From an uncultured delta proteobacterium (GTDB taxonomy: Bacteria; Myxococcota_A; Polyangia; Polyangiales; Polyangiaceae): a stretch of 64,000 nucleotides of DNA. Under the pieces are notes generated by a model, which had not been told where the DNA came from, ran no database searches, and saw nothing but the letters and a program-made list of their open reading frames with translations. The number at the start of each line of letters is the position of its first letter. Position 1 is the first letter of the stretch. The position numbers and the translations under genes were made by a program. This document shows positions 50,149 through 59,712 of this stretch, piece after piece. The DNA lies in NCBI GenBank assembly GCA_963782055.1, contig CAWAIF010000003.1, positions 6,400,001 through 6,464,000 of the forward strand, given 5' to 3'.

Positions 50149-51608
50149 TTGGACGGCGTGGCAGTGGCGCGCTCGGCCGTGGCGGCGCCGCGTTGCAGGC
50201 GGGCGAGGCTCGTCGACTTGCCGAGCACCGCGAGCACCTGGAAGAGGCCGGGGCTCGCCTTGCGCCCGGTGAGGGCGACGCGCGCGGGCTGCGCCACGTC
50301 CTTGATGGCGAGGCCCTTCTCGGCGAGCCACGCGTGGGTGCGCTCCTCCAGCGCCTTCTCGTTCCACGAGGCGACCGCCTCGAAGAGCATGGCCAGCGCG
50401 CGCAGGTGGGCGGCGTTGTCCGGGACGAGGAACTTGGCGACGGCGGCCGCGTCCATCTCCGGAGGGTCGCGGAAGAAGAAGTCCAGGCCGTCGGCGGCCT
50501 CGATGAAGGTGCGCGAGCGCTCGCGCACGGTGTAGAGCGCCTCCTTCACCTGCGCCTCGGTCACGCCGGACAGACCCCGCTTCTCCAGGAAGGGCAGCGT
50601 GCGTCGCGCGTACTCGGCGTCGGGCATCAGCCGCGGGTCCTTCATGTGCGCGTGCTGGATGGCGAGGAACTTCTTCGCGTCGAACTTGCCGTCCCCGCGC
50701 CCGCACGCCGCCCAGTCGAAGGCGTCGACGAGCTGTTGCTTGGAGAAGATCTCCTGGTCGCCGTGCGACCAGCCGAAGCGCGCCAGGTAGTTGAGGACCG
50801 CGTCCGGCGCGTAGCCCTGCTCGCGGTACTCGCCGACGCTCACCGCGCCGTGGCGCTTGGAGAGCTTCTCCCCGCTGGGGGCGAGCATCATCGGCAGGTG
50901 CGCGAACTCGGGCACCGGCGCGTCGAAGGCGCGGTAGAGCAGGATCTGCGGCGGGGTGTTGACCATGTGATCGCGCCCGCGCGCGACGAGGGTGATGCGC
51001 ATGGTCATGTCGTCGACGACCACGCCGAAGTTGTACAGGGGCACGCCGTCGCTGCGCAGGAGCACGAAGTCCTGCTGGGCGGCGTTGGGCGTCGTGACCT
51101 CGCCGAAGACCTTGTCGGCGTAGGTGACCGAGCCCTCGCCCGGCGACCTGAAGCGCACGACGAAGGGCTTGTCCGGCTGATCGGTGCGCGCGCGGCAGGT
51201 GCCCGGGTAGCGAAAATTCGCCTTGGGGTCCTTCTTCTTCAGCGCCTCTCGCTGCGCGTCGAGCTCCTGCTTGGTGCAGTAGCACCGGTACGCCTTGCCC
51301 TGCGCGATGAGGCGCTCGGCGTGCTCCCGGTAGAGGCCCAGGCGCTCCATCTGGGTGTACGGCCCGTGCGGGCCCCCGACCTCCGGGCCCTCGTCCCACG
51401 TGAGCCCGAGCCACTTCATGGCGTCGAGGATGATGTTGCGGCTCTCCTCCGTGGAGCGCTCCTGGTCGGTGTCCTCGATGCGGAGGACGAAGACGCCGCC
51501 GGTGTGGCGCGCCCAGAGCCAGTTGAAGAGCGCGGTGCGCACCCCGCCGATGTGCAAATACCCCGTGGGCGAGGGCGCGAAGCGAACACGCGGCTTGTCG
51601 GTGCTCAT
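50145..51608 (-). CDS. gltX: Glutamate--tRNA ligase
   Basis: RFAPSPTGYLHIGG, LRIEDTD, KLSKR, full-length anticodon domain (RVALTG..SPGL). Confidence 0.96.
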   Translation of the reverse strand: MSTDKPRVRFAPSPTGYLHIGGVRTALFNWLWARHTGGVFVLRIEDTDQERSTEESRNIILDAMKWLGLTWDEGPEVGGPHGPYTQMERLGLYREHAERLIAQGKAYRCYCTKQELDAQREALKKKDPKANFRYPGTCRARTDQPDKPFVVRFRSPGEGSVTYADKVFGEVTTPNAAQQDFVLLRSDGVPLYNFGVVVDDMTMRITLVARGRDHMVNTPPQILLYRAFDAPVPEFAHLPMMLAPSGEKLSKRHGAVSVGEYREQGYAPDAVLNYLARFGWSHGDQEIFSKQQLVDAFDWAACGRGDGKFDAKKFLAIQHAHMKDPRLMPDAEYARRTLPFLEKRGLSGVTEAQVKEALYTVRERSRTFIEAADGLDFFFRDPPEMDAAAVAKFLVPDNAAHLRALAMLFEAVASWNEKALEERTHAWLAEKGLAIKDVAQPARVALTGRKASPGLFQVLAVLGKSTSLARLQRGAATAERATATPSK

Positions 51609-51672
51609 CGAACCGGAACGAGTAGCAGAGCGCGGGGATCCAATCCACCGGCAGCCACCGGGCTGGCAGCGG

Positions 51673-52551
51673 CTAGCGGACCCACTCCATCTGCCTGGAG
51701 ATCGCCTTCGCGACCTCCTCGCCGTACAGCCGCTCCACCACGTGCAGGCCCACGTCGATGCCGGCGGTCACGCCTCCCCCGGTGACGAGCTGGCCGTCCT
51801 CCACCACCCGGTCCGGCGCGGCCGTCGCCCCGAAGCGCCCGAGCTCGCCGAGGGCGCTCGCGTGGGTCGTGGCGCGCTTGCCCTCCAGCCTCCCGGCCGC
51901 CCCGAGCAGGAGCGCCCCGGTGCAGACGCTCGCCGCCAGCCGGTTGCGAGGGAAGGCGGCGAGCCAGGCGGTCACCGCGGCGTCGTGCTCCAGCTCGCGC
52001 GTGCCCTTGCCCCCGGGCACCACCAGCACGTCGAACTCGCCGAGGTCCGGGCGCACGCGCCCCACGTCGAAGCGCGCGCCGTCCTGCCCCCACGGCAGCC
52101 CGCCCCCCGCCGAGACGATCTCGAAGCGCGCGTCGGGGTCGAAGCCCATGGATCGCACGCGCGAGATGGGATCGTGCACGCCGACGAGGTCGAGCAGCGT
52201 CATCCCGGGGAAGGCCACGAAGGCGAAGTGGGTGCCGGTGACCGCGTCGGGCCCCGCGTCGGTCTGGTCCAGCGTCATCACGTCCAGGATGGCGTCGCGC
52301 GGGATGGGCCCGTGGACGTGCGGCATGGGCCCGCGCGGCGTGGCCACGATCTCCACCTTCGCCTCCAGGCGCCGCGGGTCGATGCACAGCACGCAGAGGT
52401 GCGCGTCCGATTCGAAGTACAGGCGCGCGGACTCGCGCACCGCGCGCCGGTAGGAGCAGTGCACGAAGCCGTCCGCGGCGAGCGACGCGGGCGCGTACGG
52501 GTCACCCCCGATGCTCTCGACGGTGGCGACGTGATAGAGCCAGCGCAGCAC
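51673..52551 (-). CDS. DUF952 domain fused to a DJ-1/PfpI domain
   Basis: LYHV..SLAADGFVHCS..PHVHGPI, then LDLVG, VVPGG, SVCTGA, ATTH, GGVTAGID. Confidence 0.88.
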   Translation of the reverse strand: MLRWLYHVATVESIGGDPYAPASLAADGFVHCSYRRAVRESARLYFESDAHLCVLCIDPRRLEAKVEIVATPRGPMPHVHGPIPRDAILDVMTLDQTDAGPDAVTGTHFAFVAFPGMTLLDLVGVHDPISRVRSMGFDPDARFEIVSAGGGLPWGQDGARFDVGRVRPDLGEFDVLVVPGGKGTRELEHDAAVTAWLAAFPRNRLAASVCTGALLLGAAGRLEGKRATTHASALGELGRFGATAAPDRVVEDGQLVTGGGVTAGIDVGLHVVERLYGEEVAKAISRQMEWVR

Positions 52552-53028
52552 TCAGCGCACCCGGACGCTCTGATTCATCCACTCCAGGCTCTGCGCGTAG
52601 CGCTCCACCGCCGGCTTGGCGCCGCCCGACTCCACCAGGAAGAGGCGCTTGTCCACGATGTAGAGCGTGAGCCAGTACGCGAACGGCTTGTTGCCCTGGT
52701 CGGAGCCGAAGCGCAGCTGCTTGCCCGGCACGCCATCGGCGGACTTCACGTCGCGCGTCTCCAGCAGGGCGTAGCCGTCCACGTCGCGCAGCTGCAGCGT
52801 GCAGGCGCGCGTCCAGAAGGCGAGGTCGCCGGGCGCGTCGCCCTCCAGGTCCTCCACCTGCACCGCCACCACCACGCCCTCCGGCGTGGTCGCGCGGTAC
52901 GCGTAGTTTGGCTCCTGGTTCTGCAGCTCGACGAAGCCGGGCGCGGTCTTGATGTCGAAGGGGCGCCCGCACGCGCACAGGAGCGCGGCGACGGCGAGGG
53001 TGGCCCAGATCTTCACGGCGGTTCTCAT
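52552..53028 (-). CDS. Hypothetical lipoprotein
   Basis: Lipobox LCAC; start overlaps the DUF4349 gene stop. Confidence 0.8.
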   Translation of the reverse strand: MRTAVKIWATLAVAALLCACGRPFDIKTAPGFVELQNQEPNYAYRATTPEGVVVAVQVEDLEGDAPGDLAFWTRACTLQLRDVDGYALLETRDVKSADGVPGKQLRFGSDQGNKPFAYWLTLYIVDKRLFLVESGGAKPAVERYAQSLEWMNQSVRVR

Positions 53029-54002
53029 TGCGAAAGGCTCAGGAGGCGGGGGAGCCCCAGTCCGGACAGCCAGGGGAAGGGAAGGCGCAGCGGCACGTCG
53101 CGCACCGCCGCCGCGCCGCGCGGCTCGAAGGAGGCGGTGATGGAGGAGTAGGCGATGCGATCGCGCAGCAGCTTGAGCTTGCCCTCCATCAGCTCGATCT
53201 GCTCGGTGATGCGGCCGAGCTCCTTCTCGATCGCCAGCGCGTCCTTCACGCTCGCCTTCTCCAGCAGCGCCCGCAGGCGCTCCTGCATGGCGCGCGCGTT
53301 CTTCAGGCGCGTGGAGAGGTCCATGAACTGGTCGGTCACGTCCTCGGCGGTCACCTCGCGGTGGAGCACGTCACCGGTGGCCTCCACCTGCTTGAGCGCG
53401 TCGGCGAAGCGTGCGCGCGGGACGCGGATGGTGATCTGCCGGTCCGTCCGGGTGGCGAGGTAGCCGCCCATGTCCTTGGCCATGTGCTCGATGGTGTCGA
53501 GGGCGGGCTCCACCTGGTACACCGCCAGGGTGATACGTGCAGTATACACGAGCATCGCCGCCTTGTGCGGCGCCTCGGTGGCGTCGGTCGTGGGGGCGGG
53601 CTTCGTGGTGGCCGGCGTGCCCTGACCGCCCGCCGCGCCGCCGGCGGCCGAGCCGCTCGCGGCCGAGCCGGGCATCGGCGGCGGGCTGGTGTCGATGGGG
53701 TGCTTGCCCAGGTCGGCGACCTCCTCGCCCTGGCCTTCCCGGTCGATGGCGCGAGGCGGTCTGGTGGGCGGGGGCGGCGGCTCGTCCGGCTGGTCGCCGA
53801 AGCGAGCATCCTCGTCCGGCGGCGGCGCCTCCGCCGCGGGACCGACGCCCTGCGAGGCGGTCCCCGAGACCTCGGTGCGCGCCTCCCCCGCGGCCGCTCC
53901 TCCACCGCCGCCGTAGTACGACGCCCCCGACGCGGGCGACTCCGCCGCCGCGCCACCACACCCCACCAGGGCAACGAACGCCCACCCGTACCACGCTCTC
54001 AT
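53025..54002 (-). CDS. DUF4349 domain lipoprotein
   Basis: Lipobox LVGC; ITIRVP, AEDVTDQFMDL, IEKELGRI..IELMEG, IAYSSIT. Confidence 0.88.
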   Translation of the reverse strand: MRAWYGWAFVALVGCGGAAAESPASGASYYGGGGGAAAGEARTEVSGTASQGVGPAAEAPPPDEDARFGDQPDEPPPPPTRPPRAIDREGQGEEVADLGKHPIDTSPPPMPGSAASGSAAGGAAGGQGTPATTKPAPTTDATEAPHKAAMLVYTARITLAVYQVEPALDTIEHMAKDMGGYLATRTDRQITIRVPRARFADALKQVEATGDVLHREVTAEDVTDQFMDLSTRLKNARAMQERLRALLEKASVKDALAIEKELGRITEQIELMEGKLKLLRDRIAYSSITASFEPRGAAAVRDVPLRLPFPWLSGLGLPRLLSLSQ

Positions 54003-54216
54003 CCTGCCTCCGTCACTCGCCGGCTCGCGGCCCGCCTGGGGCCCGCCGCGCGGCGCCGTCACGTTACACCCGAAGGGCGCCGGGGAGCGCTTGGACTTGC
54101 GACGCGGGCCGGCGACTGGTATGCGTGCGCCCCGTTTTTCGCCGTGCAAGTCATCTTGCACACCCACCCGTCCCCCGCTCGGCTCGGCGGCGCGGACTCG
54201 AAAAGGAGAGCCCCCC

Positions 54217-54648
54217 ATGAAAAGCCCCCTCTCGGTCGTCAAGGACAAGTTCGGCGACAAGCAGAAGCTCGTGGCCGCCATCGAGAAGCTCGCCGGCGAC
54301 GACCTCTGGGTCTCGCGCACCAACGAGAAGAAGGGCCTCGCCCACGTGGCGAACGCCAAGCTGCTGCGCCTCCACGCCACCTTCGACGCCGTGAAGGAGA
54401 AGTTCGGCACGCGCGAGAAGCTCATCGCCGCCATCCTGGAGCTGGAGAAGCGCGCCAAGGACGAGGGCTACAAGACGCGCATCTCGGCCTACCCCGTGCC
54501 GCGCCTCTGGGACATGTACCGCTCGCTGGACAAGCGCGTCGCGCGCGCCGGGCAGGCGGCGAAGGCCGCGCCCGCCAAGGCCGCCAAGCCGAAGGCCGCC
54601 GCCAAGCCGAAGGCGCCGAAGAAGGCCGCCGCGAAGAAGGCCGAGTGA
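54217..54648 (+). CDS. Small basic protein with internal duplication and histone H1-like Lys/Ala/Pro tail
   Basis: AGGAG SD; VKDKFGDKQKLVAAI / VKEKFGTREKLIAAI; tail PAKAAKPKAAAKPKAPKKAAAKK. Confidence 0.85.
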   Translation: MKSPLSVVKDKFGDKQKLVAAIEKLAGDDLWVSRTNEKKGLAHVANAKLLRLHATFDAVKEKFGTREKLIAAILELEKRAKDEGYKTRISAYPVPRLWDMYRSLDKRVARAGQAAKAAPAKAAKPKAAAKPKAPKKAAAKKAE

Positions 54649-54751
54649 GGTGAGTGACAGTCGTGTGACACACCCAAACCGTTGATGGCCCGAGCGCAGG
54701 GCTGCTAGGTATTGGGCCGCGCGTCCCGGCGGGTCGGGCGCAAGGAGAGTC

Positions 54752-55363
54752 ATGGCCAAAGTTCAGAAGTCCGCCGGCGTGGCCGTCGGCCCGACGGGAT
54801 ACCCCGAGATGCACGAGATGCTCGTGCCGAAGGCGATCTTCTTCACCAACGGCGTCGGCGTGCACAAGGACCGCCTCTCGTCCTTCGAGCTCTCGCTCCG
54901 CGACGCGGGCATCGAGAAGGCGAACCTGGTGACCGTGAGCTCGATCTTTCCGCCGCGGTGCAAGGAGCTGAGCCGCAAGGAAGGCGAGAAGCTGATCAAG
55001 CCCGGGCAGATCGTCCACTGCGTCATGGCCCGCCAGGACACCAACGAGCCCAACCGGCTCATCGCCGCGTCGATCGGCGTCGCGCGTCCGTCCGACCCGA
55101 ACATGTACGGCTACCTCTCCGAGCACCACAGCTACGGCGAGACGGCCAAGACCGCCGGCGACTACGCCGAGGACCTCGCCGCGACGATGCTCGCCACCAC
55201 CCTCGGCATCGAGTTCGACCCGGAGAAGGCGTGGAGCGAGCGCGAGCAGGTCTTCAAGATGGCCGGCAACATCCTGCGCACCCGCCACGTCGTGCAGAGC
55301 GCGGAGGGTCACAAGCGCGGGATCTGGTCGACCGTCGTGGCGCTGGGCGTGTTCATCTTCTGA
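54752..55363 (+). CDS. Pyruvoyl-dependent arginine decarboxylase (PdaD/AaxB family)
   Basis: [21 protein letters not shown] (Ser-Ser cleavage site), [17 protein letters not shown]. Confidence 0.92.
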   Translation: MAKVQKSAGVAVGPTGYPEMHEMLVPKAIFFTNGVGVHKDRLSSFELSLRDAGIEKANLVTVSSIFPPRCKELSRKEGEKLIKPGQIVHCVMARQDTNEPNRLIAASIGVARPSDPNMYGYLSEHHSYGETAKTAGDYAEDLAATMLATTLGIEFDPEKAWSEREQVFKMAGNILRTRHVVQSAEGHKRGIWSTVVALGVFIF

Positions 55364-55452
55364 AAGAGCGGGGCTTTTACCCTTCTTTACGGCCTCTTGC
55401 CGTGTCGCACCGCGCGGGGCGTGTCATCGTAGGAGCCATCGGAGGTTCTCCC

Positions 55453-56382
55453 ATGGCACCGTGGTTCCGTCCCGCTCGCATGACGCCCGTGATCCTCGCC
55501 GCGCTGCTCGCCGCCGGCGCCCTTCCGGCGTGCGCCAGCTCCGCCTCGATCGAGCAGCCCGCCAACCAGGCGTCCGGGGAGACGCGCGCGCCGCTCGCAG
55601 TGACCGCCCACGGGCCGATGAAGCTGGGCGTCGAGGCGCTCGGCGAGGTGCCGCTGCGCGCCGACCAGCGGCAGACCATCGAGCAGATGGTGAAGGACGC
55701 CGAGACGCGCCACCAGGCTCAGCGCAAGGCGCGCGAGGACCTCACGCTCGCCGTGGCCGATCAGGTGCAGGCCGGCGCCATCGATCGCACCGCCCTGCAG
55801 CCCAGGATCGACGCGGCCGCCGCGGCGTACGAGCAGTCTCGCCCGCAGGACCGCGCCGACCTGGAGAAGCTCCACGCCCTGCTCACGCCCGAGCAGCGCA
55901 TCGCCTTCGTCGACACCCTGCGCGCCAAGATGGAGCAGCGGCACCACCGCCACGCGGGCGCGGCGGCGGGCGCGCACAAGGGCGCGCACAGGGGCCACAT
56001 GGGGATGAAGAAGTGGGCGGAGGCGCTGGGCCTCACCGACGCGCAGCGCTCCGCGATCCGCGACAAGTTCATCGCGCGCTTGCAGCCGCAGGGCGGCGCC
56101 GCGGTCGCGGGGCAGGCAGGCCAGGCCTTCGCGAAGATGCACGAGGTCCACGAGCGCCTGGAGAAGATCCTGGACGCCTTCAAGACCGATCACTTCGTCA
56201 TGGACGAGGTGGCGCCGCCCGTCGACGCCAAGCAGATGGCCAACGAGTTTGCCGACCACGCGATCGACTTCGTCCAGACCGTGCTGCCCGAGCTCACGCC
56301 CGCGCAGCGCACGATCGCCGCGCAGAAGCTCCGCGAGCGGGCGAGCCACCTCGAGGAGGCAGCGCACCCGCTCGCGCAGTGA
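55453..56382 (+). CDS. Lipoprotein with duplicated Spy/CpxP (LTxxQ) domains
   Basis: Lipobox LPAC; LRADQR, LTPEQR, LTDAQR, LTPAQR; His-rich linker. Confidence 0.82.
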   Translation: MAPWFRPARMTPVILAALLAAGALPACASSASIEQPANQASGETRAPLAVTAHGPMKLGVEALGEVPLRADQRQTIEQMVKDAETRHQAQRKAREDLTLAVADQVQAGAIDRTALQPRIDAAAAAYEQSRPQDRADLEKLHALLTPEQRIAFVDTLRAKMEQRHHRHAGAAAGAHKGAHRGHMGMKKWAEALGLTDAQRSAIRDKFIARLQPQGGAAVAGQAGQAFAKMHEVHERLEKILDAFKTDHFVMDEVAPPVDAKQMANEFADHAIDFVQTVLPELTPAQRTIAAQKLRERASHLEEAAHPLAQ

Positions 56383-56391
56383 TCGCCGTCA

Positions 56392-56787
56392 CTACCGCTT
56401 CTGGTCCGGCGAGACCGGAGGCGGGTCGCCGGTGCCACGCGGCGGGGCCGGCCGGACGTCCCGGGGCAGCAGCCCCGTGCCTCCCGGCGAGACCCTGACG
56501 GTCGGCTGGGCAGCGACCTGGTTGTTGTCGTTGCCTTCGCCTACTGCGGCAACCGCGCCACCCGCGTTGGGGACACGACCGGGCGTGTTCTGTCCGGGCT
56601 GCGCCCCCACGCCCTTGGTCTGGGGCGTGATCTGGGTCACGGTTTGCTGCTTCGACTCCTGAGTGATGTTGTCGTTGGGTGGGACGTTGTTGGCGCCCGC
56701 CTGCGTTCCCTCCTTCGCACACGCCACGAAGGCGCCGGCGCCGAGCGCCGCGGCGAAGAAGAGAGCCGTCCACGTTCGACGGATCAT
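56392..56787 (-). CDS. Small low-complexity lipoprotein
   Basis: MIRRTWTALFFAAALGAGAFVAC lipobox; AGGAGG SD. Confidence 0.7.
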   Translation of the reverse strand: MIRRTWTALFFAAALGAGAFVACAKEGTQAGANNVPPNDNITQESKQQTVTQITPQTKGVGAQPGQNTPGRVPNAGGAVAAVGEGNDNNQVAAQPTVRVSPGGTGLLPRDVRPAPPRGTGDPPPVSPDQKR

Positions 56788-56966
56788 GATGGGCCTCCTG
56801 ACTTGGCTTGGCAGGGGGTACTTCAACGTTCGTGCCGAGCCGGATCCGGCTGAAAACAAGGCCCGGGGAGCCGCCGACCGCGCGAGGATGGCGTAGCTAC
56901 GCAAGGGCTGCAGCGGCCGAGCTTCCCCTTGCGGGGACGGCCCCGTACTCTCCGACCACCCCCACG

Positions 56967-57689
56967 ATGACGACGGCGGCAGAGCAAGGCGCGGCGCGAC
57001 CCGCGCACGGACCGGGCATCCTCGCGGCGTGCATGGCGGTGCTCGGCAAGGACCTGCGCATCGAGCTGCGCACGCGCGAGGTCGTCACCACGACCGGCTT
57101 CTTCGCCGTCCTCGTGGCCGTGATGGCCTCCTTCGCCTACACGACAGGACCGGAGACGACGGTGCGCGTCGCCCCGGGCACGCTGTGGCTCGCCATCGCC
57201 TTCTCCAGCGTCCTCGCCCTCGGCAGGAGCTGGCAGCGCGAGCGCGAGGATGGCGCATTCACTGCGTTGCTGGTCGCGCCGGTGCCGCGCGCCGCCATCT
57301 TCCTCGGCAAGGCCCTCGGCGTGCTCGCCTTCCTGGCGGTGGTCGAGGCGCTGCTCGTGCCCGTCGTCGCGCTGCTCTTTCACATCGACCTCTTGCCAAT
57401 CCTGCCCTCCCTGTTGCCCATCCTCGGGCTGGGGACGGTGGGCGTGGTCGCCACCGGCACCCTCTTCGGCGCGATGACCGTGCGCACCCGCGCCGGCAAT
57501 CTGATGATCGCCACGGTGCTCTTCCCTCTCCTCTCCCCGACGCTGCTCTCCGGCGTCATGGCGACGCGCGAGCTGCTCGCCGGCGCGCCCTTCGAGGAGT
57601 ACCGCGCCTACCTCGGTTTCCTCCTGGTGTTCGACGCCGTCGCGCTGGCGGGCGGGCTGGGTATGTTCGGCGCGCTCGTCGATGACTGA
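56967..57689 (+). CDS. ccmB: Heme exporter protein B
   Basis: KDLRIELR, APGTLW, EREDGAF, IFLGK, LFPL. Confidence 0.88.
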   Translation: MTTAAEQGAARPAHGPGILAACMAVLGKDLRIELRTREVVTTTGFFAVLVAVMASFAYTTGPETTVRVAPGTLWLAIAFSSVLALGRSWQREREDGAFTALLVAPVPRAAIFLGKALGVLAFLAVVEALLVPVVALLFHIDLLPILPSLLPILGLGTVGVVATGTLFGAMTVRTRAGNLMIATVLFPLLSPTLLSGVMATRELLAGAPFEEYRAYLGFLLVFDAVALAGGLGMFGALVDD

Positions 57690-57722
57690 GGCCCGGCCGA
57701 CTGCCCGACGGGCGCCGCCGGC

Positions 57723-59033
57723 TCAGCGACCGACGCGCGACGCCAGATCGCGGGCGTCGGCGAGCACGCGCGCGGGCTCGAGCGGGGCGCCGGTGATCTC
57801 GCCGAGCACCCAGAAGCCGTCGCGGACCTCGCCGCCCTCCGGGCGCACCGCGAAGCCGCGTGGCTCGTGCTCGGGCTTCGCCCCCGCCTGCTCCGCCAGC
57901 TCGAACGAGGGGGCGCGCGGGGCGTCCACCAGCACCGCGTCGACGCGCAGGCGCTCCTCCTTCCCGCCCTCGACGAAGGCGACCTCCTTCACGTGGGTGC
58001 CGCCGCTCACCGCCACGGGCGCGCCGCGCACCACGCGCACGTCGCAGCGGCTGGCGGCGCTCCGCGCGTAGGCCTCGCCGAAGGGACCGCCTCCCTCCAC
58101 GACGAACACCGCCACCCGCTCGCCGAGGCCCACGCCTCGCGCGAGCAGACCGCACGCCGCGCGCGCGCTCATGACGCCCGGCACGTCGTTGCCCTCGAAG
58201 GCGACCACGCCGTCGTGGGCCCCGGGGGCGAGCACCACGTCGCGCGCCGACGTCACCTCCGCGCGGGCCTCGTCGGCGTCCTCCGCCGGGCCGACCACCA
58301 GCACGTCGTCGCCGTAAATCCCCGCCGCCGTCGTGCGCAGCCGCAGCGTCACCGCCCCGCGCGCGACCGCGGCGTCGAAGCGCTCGCGAAGGCCGTCCCA
58401 CGCCGCGTCGAGCGTCGCGACCGTGCTGCCACCCGCCGCCAGCGCGTCGTCCACCACCTCCACCCGCCTCCCCGCCGCCGCCAGCTCCAGCGCCGCCGCC
58501 ATGCCCGAAGGACCCGCGCCCACGACGAGCACGTCCAGCGCACGCCGCGACGCCTTCGCCGCCGGGGTCGCCGTCCTGGGCAGCCGCCCCAGGCCGGCCA
58601 CGCGCCGCGCGAAGACCTGCATCACCTGCTGCAGCCCGGGCACGCCGGCGAAGAGCTCGTGATGGTTGAGCCCGGAGGCGAAGAACCAGTCGGTCACCCG
58701 CAGCAGGTCGATCTCCCGCGAGCCGAGGGTGTTCTGCGACTCCACCACCGCGCCCTCGCGGACCGGGTGCAGGCAGGTGGTGACGTTGGGCACGCCGTCG
58801 ACGCGCGCCAGGCATCCGTCGCACGCCCCCCGGAAGCACGCGGGCCCGCGCGGGCGGTGGTACTTCGGGCTGCGCGCGAGCGCGAGCTTGCCGGCGGCGA
58901 CGAGCGCCGCGGCGACCGGCTCGCCCCGCTCGGCGGTCACCGGGTGTCCGTCGAAGGTGAAGGACACCGGGTCGCGGAGCTCGCGCCCGGCCGCCCGGGC
59001 GGGCGTCGTGGGGCGTTCGGGGCGCCTGGCCAT
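57723..59033 (-). CDS. 2Fe-2S plus FAD-dependent oxidoreductase, sarcosine oxidase alpha-like
   Basis: RSPKYHRPRGPACFRGACDGC..NVTTC; VVGAGPSG; FEGNDVPGVM. Confidence 0.88.
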   Translation of the reverse strand: MARRPERPTTPARAAGRELRDPVSFTFDGHPVTAERGEPVAAALVAAGKLALARSPKYHRPRGPACFRGACDGCLARVDGVPNVTTCLHPVREGAVVESQNTLGSREIDLLRVTDWFFASGLNHHELFAGVPGLQQVMQVFARRVAGLGRLPRTATPAAKASRRALDVLVVGAGPSGMAAALELAAAGRRVEVVDDALAAGGSTVATLDAAWDGLRERFDAAVARGAVTLRLRTTAAGIYGDDVLVVGPAEDADEARAEVTSARDVVLAPGAHDGVVAFEGNDVPGVMSARAACGLLARGVGLGERVAVFVVEGGGPFGEAYARSAASRCDVRVVRGAPVAVSGGTHVKEVAFVEGGKEERLRVDAVLVDAPRAPSFELAEQAGAKPEHEPRGFAVRPEGGEVRDGFWVLGEITGAPLEPARVLADARDLASRVGR

Positions 59034-59103
59034 GCCGACCGCTTAGCACGGCGGCGATGCGGGGAGCAGCCGGCGGCGGTTGCGTGTACCTTCAATCCGC
59101 CCC

Positions 59104-59712
59104 ATGCGCATCGGCTTCCTCGGTCCTGCAGGCGACCAGCTCGGCCTGCTGGAGCGCGCGGCGAGCTTCCTGCTCTCGCGCGAGCGCGTCACGCGAGCGG
59201 TCTACCTCGGCGACGACGGCGCGCTCGACCGGTGCGTCGTCGGGTGGGCCCGCCGCCTCGTCGGCGACGACCCGACCGACGACGCCGCCTGGCGGCGCGC
59301 TTCGGAGATGGCCGTCTCCGGCACCGCCGCGCAGATCGACCGCTTCGTCGCGGGGGAGCGCGAGCGCCTGCGCCTGCGCGCGCTCGTGACGCTGCCGGAG
59401 GAGATGCCCTTCGCCTTCGAGACGCTCGGCGAGCTCGGCGTCGCGATGGCGTACGACCCCACCCTGCTCGACGAGGAGGACCTCGCCCACGCCAACCTGC
59501 TCGTGATGGGCGACTCCGACGAGCCGCGCCTGGAGGAGGCCGGGGCGCGGTGGCTGCTGGCGCCCGGCCGCATCGGCCGGCGCGGCGGGGTCGCCGTGCT
59601 GGACGTGCAGAAGGAGCCCGCGGTGGTCACCGTCTACGACCTGGACGAGCGCGAGATCATCCGCGCCGAGCTGTCCGCGCCGCGCACGCACGCCGGACAC
59701 CGCGCGCCATGA
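59104..59712 (+). CDS. Degenerate metallophosphoesterase-like (YfcE/MJ0936 fold) protein
   Basis: MRIGFLG, VYLGDD, LLVMGDSDEP and LLAPG occupy the positions of the calcineurin-like motifs. Confidence 0.65.
   Translation: MRIGFLGPAGDQLGLLERAASFLLSRERVTRAVYLGDDGALDRCVVGWARRLVGDDPTDDAAWRRASEMAVSGTAAQIDRFVAGERERLRLRALVTLPEEMPFAFETLGELGVAMAYDPTLLDEEDLAHANLLVMGDSDEPRLEEAGARWLLAPGRIGRRGGVAVLDVQKEPAVVTVYDLDEREIIRAELSAPRTHAGHRAP

Noticed and set aside
55364..55390. Possible intrinsic terminator after the arginine decarboxylase
   Set aside because: Weak, irregular stem and short U tract.
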